A stretch of 32,000 nt of DNA from Candidatus Iainarchaeum sp. (GTDB lineage: Archaea > Iainarchaeota > Iainarchaeia > Iainarchaeales > CSSED10-239). Shown here one piece after another: positions 23,901-31,963 of this stretch. The notes below the pieces were generated by a model. That model made no database searches. It saw only the letters and a program-made list of their open reading frames with translations, and was not told the DNA's origin. The translations under genes and the position numbers were made by a program. The stretch spans positions 632 to 32,631 of the forward strand of contig CALBUD010000033.1 in NCBI GenBank assembly GCA_937968065.1, written 5' to 3'. The stretch's first letter is position 1. Every line of letters begins with the position of its first letter.

Positions 23901-26900
23901 TTATTGTTCTTCTAAAACTACAGAACAATTATCAACATTTACAATTTCACTTGTAAAATCTTGAGTGTTAACTTCAGTATATGGAATAATATCTATTGTA
24001 TATCTTGACTCATATTCATTATCTAAAGGTTCAATATAATTCATTTCTACAACATACAAGACATTCTTTTTAAACTCCATATTTTTTAAAAATTCAATTG
24101 AATAATTAAGATTTGTTTTTCCTGAACTTTTTAAATAATTATTTCCAGCAACATTTCCTAAAATACCACATCCAAGTCCTCTTATAAGTCCTGCTGAAAA
24201 GTTTGCTGTTTTTGCCCATCTTGTTTGTTTTGCTAAAAGAGGTATTTTTCCACTTGAATGAATATTTGTCATTTTAGTTACAACATCATTTGGTATATGC
24301 ACTTGTGTTCCAACTCTTGTACCAGATCTTAGACCAGTTACAATATCATCTATTTGACTTTTTGAAGACTCTAGTGCACTTTTTGTTTTATTTAATTGTG
24401 CAATTTTTTTAGCTCTGTTTGAAGTATATTTTTTAGATTGCAGATCTTTTATTTGTGTATCTATTTTTGCAAGATCATCAGAAAGTGTTTTTGCATGTCC
24501 ATCAAATGTTTTTAAAAGATCATCATAATCAGTTGCATCAATTGCTTTAAGGTTTGGATCTATAGTTGCAGGAGGAGTTGTTCCTGGTGTTGCAGGTGTT
24601 GCAGCTCTAGAAATTTCATAATTATTTAATTTATTAAGATAACTTGTATCTTTTCCTTTAAAATATTTTATTATATCTTCTTGAGATGACATTGTAGGAG
24701 GATATCCTTGTATACTACCATCAAATTTAGATCTACCTATAATTTCTAATAAATCATCTAATTGAGCAGATGATATTTCTCTAAAATTTACTGTTGCAGC
24801 AGCTCCACTTCCTGTAACCACTTTAGGGTTGTCTAATAAAGACTTTACAGTATTATCTATAACATTAGGAGGTTTTGAAAAAGTAAATTGGGCTTGATTA
24901 ATATTAAGTCCTGGAACAAGATTTCCATTTACATTTATTGTATTTGGATTTGGAAGATAGTTATTTGACATTGTTTTAACATAATTATTTAAATGATTAA
25001 CCATTTTTCCACTTGGTGCTCTTGGTCTATTAACAATTGCAACACCAGTTCCACCAGTTCCAGGAGTTGTTGTTCCAGGAACTACAACATCTGCTGTTGC
25101 AGGCAAAGCATCAATTGCAGCTAAGTTCTTTGCAGAGAACAAAGCATCTTTACTTGTTGAAACACCAGCATGCACACCACCAAACAAAGTACTTATTTTT
25201 TGAAGTGCATTTCCAAACACTTCAACAGTACTTGCAAGAGGACTAACTTCTGTTGCTAAGATTCTACTGAAAAAATCATCAATAGAATCAACAACACTTC
25301 CATCAGTCATAACATTCATCATTATTCCTGCAGCAGGTATACCACATGCAAACACACCACAATCAAAAACAATTCCTTTAAACAAAGCAATCTGTCCAAT
25401 AATAGGGATTAAAGAAAGTCCTGCATTAACACCAATAGAACAAAGAGCACAAGCTCCAAAGCAAGTTGCAAAGTAAGTTCCAGAATTGGTCAAAGCTTTA
25501 TTCCATTTAGAGGTTGTTTTTTGAGAAGGATCTTTAATATCACATCCTAATTTTTCATATTCATAAAACAATCTTTCATTATATTTATCACTAAGTATAA
25601 ATTTTTCAAGAGAAGAACATAGAGCTTCTTTATCTTGGTTATTATAACCAGCAGACCAATCAACTAAAGCAGAAGCATATTTTGGAAATTGTTTATTTTC
25701 ATTTTTATTATGTTCTGTTAAAATAATATTATAAGTTTCTTCAAGTAATTTTTCAGGTGTGATTGCACAAGTTTCAAGTTTAATAACTGATGTTGCATTT
25801 CTTTGTCCAATCTTACCTTCTCCAGAATAAATACTGTTTGCAACAACTTCAATTTCTTTACCAACAAGTTCAGGAATGTTATTAACAGACTCTGGTTTTA
25901 CACAAACAAAAAAGTCAGCTTCTTTATTTTTTAAAACATTAACATTTATTGTTTCAGATAAAGAATCATCAGCTCCTTTTTTAAAACCAACTGAAAGATT
26001 TGGAACTTGTGTTGAACTAATTCTTAATACTTCATCAATTGAAGAACTTATCTTTAAGTTAGTACAAGATAAATCTTCATTTAAAGGTAAAGAAACATTT
26101 CTTGTTGTAAATTTTAAATCTCCAGCTTCAATAACTTTTAAGATAAGCATATAATCTTTATTTTCAGAAACACAAACATCTGTTAAATATTCATTTTTAA
26201 CAAACATAGAGCTTACAACATTTATAAAGTTTCTTGAAACATCTTCTGAAATTCCAAGTTCTGAAAGTTTATATTTTTCATTTAATAAAACATTTATTTG
26301 TTCAGGATTTGGAGTTTCAAGAACACGAAGATCATTAAAAGATATTTTTGCAAGAGCATTTTCATTTTCAGAAATATTTCCAACAGAGATGTTTAAGAAA
26401 TTATTTCTTGTAGCACCTTCGCTTCTTCCAGAAACATAACGAAGATCAGGATCACTTCCAAACTTTCCTATACCTTTAATCAAACCTTTTGAAAGTTCTT
26501 CATCTCCTGTAAATAATGTAAGCCAAGTTCCTTCTCTTTGATTCTTTGAAAGAGGAATATCCCAAGGAAGATAATTTAGATAATTAATAATATTTTTTTC
26601 ACAAGTTTCTGTTTTTTCATAATCAACAACAGTTATATAATAGTAAGCTCTTTCAGGATAAATATAATCTGGACTTGCTGCAACAAAACCATCTATCTCA
26701 ACTTTATATCTTCCACAACTTGTAAGTTCATTTGAAACAAAGATTTTATTTCCACCAGCATAAACACCTAAAGAACTAAATCCTTCAGTTGTCTTAAAAG
26801 GATTAACATCAATTAAATAATTTTTAAAATCATAATTTGATTTTGAAAGAACATGACGTATAAGATCTTGTGAGATTGAATCATTTTGCATATAGAAAGT

Positions 26901-29900
26901 AAACTCTAAAGGTCTAATATTTCCTCCAAGCTCAGATATTTTACAGAAACCTCTTTGTGCATCAACTAAAGAACAACCAGTGTTTAAAGTTTTTGCTTGT
27001 GCTTGAGAAGAAACTTGTTTAATTTGACTTTGAAGTTCATTTATCTTTTTTAAAATTAATTCTGAAGAAGAGTAAGCATCACAATAACCTGAGTTTTCAG
27101 TACAAAGATTTGAAGAAATTACAGGTCTTGAAAAAGAAGTTGTTTGTGTAACATCTTCACAGATAGGTATTGTTGAAATTATTGAAACTTCTCTATCTCT
27201 TATTTGATCTGAAGTTAAATCTTCTATGTTTATAGAAACTAAGAAATCTTCAGAAGTTACAGGAAGTCTTGAAGTTAATAAGCTTCCAATTAAGATAACA
27301 GGCATGCTTGGAGAACCACCAAGTGCTGTTGCTCTAAGTTCTAAATTATAAGTTGCTGTTTGATTAGGGTAAATAATATTATTTCCACTTAAAGGAATTA
27401 TTCTTAAAGGATTTGCACCAAATGTTTCAAAGTAAGAATCTTGTTTTTTATCAATACCGATAATTGAAACAGGTTCTGCACAATAGTTTGTAACAGAAAC
27501 ATTTCTTGTTCTAACTTCTCCAACCTTTAAACTAAAATCTATTTTTTTATTACTTATCTTTAAACAGTTTGGAGAAGATATTGAAAAGATTAATTGTGTG
27601 GTTGCATGTATAGGGTTATTAACACCCATTGCTTTTCCTGTAACTGTTATAAGTCTATTTTCCATGGTTGATTGTGCAATATTTACTTTAAATTTTAAAT
27701 CAACAGGAACTGACTTTCCTGGTTCAATAATTCCAATCTCTAAAGGGAAAGGTGTAACCTCTATGTTTGAAGTTACCATTTTTGGAGTTTGTCCAACATG
27801 AATATCTGTTATTGGAACAGAACCTATATTTTTTATAAAAAATCTTGCTGAGTTTTCTGCAGCTCTTTGTGGATGAAGTTGAGTCATTGGAACATTTACA
27901 ATATCTGGAGTTATCATTAAAGCTCTACTTAAATCTATAAGATCAACATTTAAAGTTGAAGGAGAGATTGAATAAAAATTATTATGCCATAGGATATTAT
28001 ATTTATAAGTTATTGGTCTTGTTCTATTTGAACTATTTCTAATAATAACATCATATGCTTTTTCTTCACCTGGAAGAATTGTCATGTGTGCTAAAGAAAT
28101 TTCTAAATCATTGTTTGAAGAAGAAGAAGTTAAAACAGATTGTGGAGTAAAAGTTACTGCTTGTTCACAATTGTTTTTAATAATATAAAAAGTTGTGTTT
28201 TCTGTACTCTCAGAAGTTGTAATTGGTTTTGAAGAATAATAAGTATAATAGTTTGGATCATTATAAACTAAAGTATTATCATTTCCAGTATAGTTTTGAA
28301 CATAGTTTTGAGAGGTTAGATAATCATTATATGTGCTTTCTGTTTGATAAGGTGAAAGTAAAGGATTTTGTTGTTGGTTAATACCTGTATAATCATAATT
28401 ATTTATTGGTGTATTAAAAATATCAGGAGGTGTATATTTAAGATTTAAACCAACAAAAGTATTTGCATGTTCTGTTATCTCTATACATTCATTTAAAAGA
28501 AGTCCTTTATTTATTCTTATAGGAACAACAGTTGTAACCTCTCTTGAACCAATAGTTGAGATTATTGGAACATATGCAAAAGCTGTTGTAAAATTAAGAT
28601 TGTTTGAAATAGTTACAACCACATCAAAATTCTGTGAATTTTTTCTATTAATAACATTTGCTCCTCTAACATCTATAAAGATATCACTAGGACCATCTAT
28701 CCAGATTGGTTCTCCAAACCTTATGTTGTTTGCAGGATATTCAGAATTATTATAAAGTGAAAAAAATTGTTGAGAAATCATCTGATCAAGACCAAAATTA
28801 ATAACTATTTCTTTTGGTGTTAAAGTTAATAAAGAATTATCAACAATAAAGATTTCTTTTTCATAAGGGATATATCCATAGCTTTCAACAACAACTAAAA
28901 CTCTTGAAACATTAAATTTATTATCAATTGTATATCTTCCAGCTCTTCCAATAGTTCCAGAAGCTTTTGTTGAAGATATAAACGTTCCTCTCTCATCATA
29001 AAAACTAATAAAAGCATTATCTATTGGTGTTGAAGTTACTGAGTCAAAAACATCAATTGAAAATCTTGAACCATAATCAATAAAAACATCAGGATTAAAT
29101 ATTACTCTCATTTCTTTATTATCATAAACATTAAAACTTATTCTTTCGTTGTATATCTCTTGATCTGTTAAAACACCTTTTGCTTTAAGATCAATATATG
29201 AAGTTCCTATCTCTTTTGCAATAAATGATAAATAAACTTTTTTTAAAACTCCTTCTGAAACATTTATTCCTTCTCTTGAAGCTTCAAAAATTGTAGTATA
29301 AAAATCAGGATTAATATTTTCAAATTTAGAATCTGAAAATAAATTTAATGAAACTAGAGGAAATGTTTTTGAAATTTCTGCAAAAAGACTTACTTGATTA
29401 TTTTTTAATGAAAAGATACTTGTTTCAAGAACATAACTTTTATCTTTAATTGCAAAGAAATCTTCAACTGAAAATTCATTATCTCTATCATCAATAAACT
29501 TATGTGAGAAACAAAAGTCTCCTTTACAATCTAAAGGAACATCAAATAGATTAATTGAAACTTCTTTGGTGTCTGCATAAAGTGCTTCTTTTTGATTATT
29601 TGAATAACTTTGATTTAAGATAGGATCAATTGGATCTCTAAAATATAGTTTGTTTTCTTCAAATAAAACTCTATAATTAAATTTTAATTTTGTGGAAGAT
29701 AAATCAACAGCTCTAACCTTTACTCTTATTTGTTTGTTACCTAAAGAAACATCATCTATCCATTTTATCTCAAGCCATTTGTTTAAGACTTGTGAAGAAC
29801 CTTCGTTTAAAACATCTATTGATTGTCTTCCTGGTAGTGGAGAAGGGTTATAGGTTGTCCCATATTTAAAGCTTGTAGAATCCATGGCACTAAATCCTGT

Positions 29901-31934
29901 TATACCATAACTCATCTCTTCAGAATCATTTTGATAATCTTCACCAGCTCTTATATGCACTTCTCCTTTGTATACATTTTCAGGGAAAAGAATATCAAAA
30001 ACAAGATAATAATCTTTATTTGGTGTTATATAATTTGTTTTAATTCCTTTATCATCTAAAACACTTACAAAATCAATGATTGGATAATCAGAAGCATTTG
30101 TTGCTTTTGAAAGATCTATTCTTAAGTATCCATCTTGTTCAGCATCATCTGAACTAAAGTTAACTGTTGTTCTATTAAAGTTTTCATCAGTTATCTCTGC
30201 AATTAAATCTTTATATCCTTCTGTGTTAAAAACAACTTCTTTTCCTAAAACTAAATCTTCATCATATAAAACAGTTCCATCTTTTGTTTTTATTAAAAGA
30301 TTTCCTGAAGTTATTTTATTTCCATTTTCATCATAAAGATCAAGCTTTAATATTTTTGAAGCTCCATCTATAACAAAGATAATTTTGTTTTCTCTTAAAG
30401 GATCTATCTTTATATCATAATAGTCAAATATCTCTCCAACATATGCATAGACTCTATAAGTTTTATCTATCCTTAAAGGAATTCCTAAAGAACCTGTAAG
30501 ATCTGTTTGAAGAGAAGTGTTATAAGGTATCTCTGTTGTTGTTTCTAGATCTAGATTTATAAGTTCATATATCTTTATGTTTGATTTAGAAACTGGCATA
30601 TTTTTTTCATCAACAACAAAGATGTTTAAAACAGCACTGTTAATAACATCTATTCTTTCTAAAATAAATTCTATTTTTGATTCGTTATCTAAGTTAACTA
30701 TTTTATGTTCACAAAGATAATCTTGTTTACAAGCAGTTACTATTATTTCTGAATTAGAATCTAATCCTTCAAACTTTACTTGTCCAAGATTATTTGTATT
30801 TCCAGAATCTATAACATTATTATTTAAAGAATAAATAGTTACTGAAACATCTTCTAAAGATAAAAAGTTAGATTTTGATCTTGTCTCGACATCTAAAAAG
30901 TTTCCACCAAGTTCTAAAACAACTGTAAAGGTTTCTTCTAAGTTATTCACTCTTATTGAAAGTTCTTCATCACTTACATATGTTTTATATCCTTCTTTTT
31001 TAACTCTATATGAAATTGTTTCTCCAAAATCAACATATGCAAGAGCTTTTCCATCTATTGTTTTTTGAGAAGCTATCTCTTCTCCTTGGAAATTAAAAAC
31101 AGAAACTTCAGCGTCTTCTACAAAATTATTAAAAATATCTAAAACAACAAAAGTAACTTTACTTTTTCCTTCAAGATAAAGTCTTGAAACATCCATTTCA
31201 ATTATTTTTTCTTGTTCAAATGAAGTTAGTCTAAAATTTGTTTCTTTAAAGTCTTCATAGTTATCTGCTTTAACTATAAGTTCTATATCTTTGTTTAATG
31301 GAAGTTCTAAAATAATATAATGATCATTATAAATATCAACAACTTCTTCTGAAACAACTTTTTGATTACTAATAAAATAACTTGCAGTTAATTTTCCTGA
31401 AGAAATTGTTCTTTTGTTTTCTCTATCTTTTAGTTTTACTTTTAAAAAACCATATTCTACATTTTCTTCAAAAATAATTGAAACTTGTTGATTTTTATTT
31501 GTTATTAAAAGAGATTGAACTTTATCAGGATAACCATCTTTTGTTGCTGTTAAAGAATAGGTGTTTCCTATTTTTAATTTTGCTTTTCTTGAAGAATTGT
31601 TTTCAACAATTCCTGAAAAAATTGTTTTTTGAGAATCTGTAATGGTTACAAAAACATTTGTTAAAGGATTTCCTTGATAATCTCTAAAATCATAAGTTAT
31701 GGTTGTTTGACCTGACATGAAGAATAATAAGAATATAAGTATTATTAAAATTAGTAAAAAGGTTGATAGAACTATTGGAAAGGCAGGAAGTCCTTTTTCT
31801 TCTATATAGTTATTTAATTTATTTAAAGGAATTCCTTTTTCTGTAAACCAATCACTCATCTTAAGATAACCATTTTCTAAAGAATTATAAAATCTTGAAA
31901 ATATGTTTTGAGGTGGTTTATTTTCTAGAACCAT
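23901..31934 (-). CDS. Giant N-terminally anchored surface protein, paralog A (2677 aa), with an internal Cys-rich hydrophobic hairpin and a distinct C-terminal region.
   Basis: Complete ORF, ATG at 31934 and TAA at 23901. The leader includes FSRFYNSLENGYLKMSDWFTEKGIPLNKLNNYIEEKG, followed by the TM helix LPAFPIVLSTFLLILIILIFLLFF. About seven 85-aa repeats and Cys-bracketed modules (TFYIIKNNCEQAVTF, RFFIKNIGSVPITDI, RNVSVTNYCAEPVSI) follow. Confidence 0.95.
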   Translation of the reverse strand: MVLENKPPQNIFSRFYNSLENGYLKMSDWFTEKGIPLNKLNNYIEEKGLPAFPIVLSTFLLILIILIFLLFFMSGQTTITYDFRDYQGNPLTNVFVTITDSQKTIFSGIVENNSSRKAKLKIGNTYSLTATKDGYPDKVQSLLITNKNQQVSIIFEENVEYGFLKVKLKDRENKRTISSGKLTASYFISNQKVVSEEVVDIYNDHYIILELPLNKDIELIVKADNYEDFKETNFRLTSFEQEKIIEMDVSRLYLEGKSKVTFVVLDIFNNFVEDAEVSVFNFQGEEIASQKTIDGKALAYVDFGETISYRVKKEGYKTYVSDEELSIRVNNLEETFTVVLELGGNFLDVETRSKSNFLSLEDVSVTIYSLNNNVIDSGNTNNLGQVKFEGLDSNSEIIVTACKQDYLCEHKIVNLDNESKIEFILERIDVINSAVLNIFVVDEKNMPVSKSNIKIYELINLDLETTTEIPYNTSLQTDLTGSLGIPLRIDKTYRVYAYVGEIFDYYDIKIDPLRENKIIFVIDGASKILKLDLYDENGNKITSGNLLIKTKDGTVLYDEDLVLGKEVVFNTEGYKDLIAEITDENFNRTTVNFSSDDAEQDGYLRIDLSKATNASDYPIIDFVSVLDDKGIKTNYITPNKDYYLVFDILFPENVYKGEVHIRAGEDYQNDSEEMSYGITGFSAMDSTSFKYGTTYNPSPLPGRQSIDVLNEGSSQVLNKWLEIKWIDDVSLGNKQIRVKVRAVDLSSTKLKFNYRVLFEENKLYFRDPIDPILNQSYSNNQKEALYADTKEVSINLFDVPLDCKGDFCFSHKFIDDRDNEFSVEDFFAIKDKSYVLETSIFSLKNNQVSLFAEISKTFPLVSLNLFSDSKFENINPDFYTTIFEASREGINVSEGVLKKVYLSFIAKEIGTSYIDLKAKGVLTDQEIYNERISFNVYDNKEMRVIFNPDVFIDYGSRFSIDVFDSVTSTPIDNAFISFYDERGTFISSTKASGTIGRAGRYTIDNKFNVSRVLVVVESYGYIPYEKEIFIVDNSLLTLTPKEIVINFGLDQMISQQFFSLYNNSEYPANNIRFGEPIWIDGPSDIFIDVRGANVINRKNSQNFDVVVTISNNLNFTTAFAYVPIISTIGSREVTTVVPIRINKGLLLNECIEITEHANTFVGLNLKYTPPDIFNTPINNYDYTGINQQQNPLLSPYQTESTYNDYLTSQNYVQNYTGNDNTLVYNDPNYYTYYSSKPITTSESTENTTFYIIKNNCEQAVTFTPQSVLTSSSSNNDLEISLAHMTILPGEEKAYDVIIRNSSNRTRPITYKYNILWHNNFYSISPSTLNVDLIDLSRALMITPDIVNVPMTQLHPQRAAENSARFFIKNIGSVPITDIHVGQTPKMVTSNIEVTPFPLEIGIIEPGKSVPVDLKFKVNIAQSTMENRLITVTGKAMGVNNPIHATTQLIFSISSPNCLKISNKKIDFSLKVGEVRTRNVSVTNYCAEPVSIIGIDKKQDSYFETFGANPLRIIPLSGNNIIYPNQTATYNLELRATALGGSPSMPVILIGSLLTSRLPVTSEDFLVSINIEDLTSDQIRDREVSIISTIPICEDVTQTTSFSRPVISSNLCTENSGYCDAYSSSELILKKINELQSQIKQVSSQAQAKTLNTGCSLVDAQRGFCKISELGGNIRPLEFTFYMQNDSISQDLIRHVLSKSNYDFKNYLIDVNPFKTTEGFSSLGVYAGGNKIFVSNELTSCGRYKVEIDGFVAASPDYIYPERAYYYITVVDYEKTETCEKNIINYLNYLPWDIPLSKNQREGTWLTLFTGDEELSKGLIKGIGKFGSDPDLRYVSGRSEGATRNNFLNISVGNISENENALAKISFNDLRVLETPNPEQINVLLNEKYKLSELGISEDVSRNFINVVSSMFVKNEYLTDVCVSENKDYMLILKVIEAGDLKFTTRNVSLPLNEDLSCTNLKISSSIDEVLRISSTQVPNLSVGFKKGADDSLSETINVNVLKNKEADFFVCVKPESVNNIPELVGKEIEVVANSIYSGEGKIGQRNATSVIKLETCAITPEKLLEETYNIILTEHNKNENKQFPKYASALVDWSAGYNNQDKEALCSSLEKFILSDKYNERLFYEYEKLGCDIKDPSQKTTSKWNKALTNSGTYFATCFGACALCSIGVNAGLSLIPIIGQIALFKGIVFDCGVFACGIPAAGIMMNVMTDGSVVDSIDDFFSRILATEVSPLASTVEVFGNALQKISTLFGGVHAGVSTSKDALFSAKNLAAIDALPATADVVVPGTTTPGTGGTGVAIVNRPRAPSGKMVNHLNNYVKTMSNNYLPNPNTINVNGNLVPGLNINQAQFTFSKPPNVIDNTVKSLLDNPKVVTGSGAAATVNFREISSAQLDDLLEIIGRSKFDGSIQGYPPTMSSQEDIIKYFKGKDTSYLNKLNNYEISRAATPATPGTTPPATIDPNLKAIDATDYDDLLKTFDGHAKTLSDDLAKIDTQIKDLQSKKYTSNRAKKIAQLNKTKSALESSKSQIDDIVTGLRSGTRVGTQVHIPNDVVTKMTNIHSSGKIPLLAKQTRWAKTANFSAGLIRGLGCGILGNVAGNNYLKSSGKTNLNYSIEFLKNMEFKKNVLYVVEMNYIEPLDNEYESRYTIDIIPYTEVNTQDFTSEIVNVDNCSVVLEEQ
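25305..25485 (-). other. Internal Cys-rich hydrophobic hairpin (about 2 TM spans) in paralog A, near aa 2150-2210.
   Basis: The track protein reads GTYFATCFGACALCSIGVNAGLSLIPIIGQIALFKGIVFDCGVFACGIPAAGIMMNVMTDG. This is two hydrophobic stretches of about 25 aa containing 6 Cys. Confidence 0.7.
28205..28436 (-). repeat. N/Y/Q/T-rich low-complexity loop in paralog A, lying within the Cys-to-Cys interval 28167..28487.
   Basis: The loop reads YTPPDIFNTPINNYDYTGINQQQNPLLSPYQTESTYNDYLTSQNYVQNYTGNDNTLVYNDPNYYTYYSSKPITTSESTEN. It is flanked by ECIEITEH upstream and TFYIIKNNCEQAV downstream. Confidence 0.8.
30150..31700 (-). other. Array of about 7 prealbumin/CarboxypepD_reg-like (PEGA-like) repeats in paralog A.
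   Basis: Segments of about 85 aa recur by eye. Examples are KVTFVVLDIFNNFVEDAEVSVFNFQGEEIASQKTIDGKALAYVDFGETISYRVKKEGYKTY and KILKLDLYDENGNKITSGNLLIKTKDGTVLY...EGYKDL. Boundaries are approximate. Confidence 0.6.
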
Positions 31935-31953
31935 ATTTATTTCTTTTTTTAAT

Positions 31954-31963
31954 TATATTAAAA
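31954..31963 (-). promoter_or_regulatory. TATA-box-like TTTTAATATA at -29..-20 relative to the paralog A ATG. No SD is present, so this is a possible archaeal promoter for a leaderless or short-leader mRNA.
   Basis: The minus strand reads TTTTAATATAATTAAAAAAAGAAATAAATATG. The context is very AT-rich, so specificity is low. Confidence 0.3.

Noticed and set aside
1045-27801. Fifteen plus-strand ORFs of 62-115 aa from the track: 1045..1263, 4345..4536, 7503..7697, 11833..12021, 12091..12315, 14874..15083, 15291..15512, 18246..18593, 19161..19352, 19791..20015, 20727..20936, 23020..23220, 25037..25246, 25876..26154 and 27598..27801.
   Set aside because: All lie entirely antisense within the very long minus-strand genes. 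At least two that I checked (1045 and 18246) start at GTG rather than ATG. Their products are low-complexity and Leu/Phe/Ser-rich, as expected from the reverse complement of A-rich codons. They have no upstream spacer or SD. I treat them as frame artefacts.
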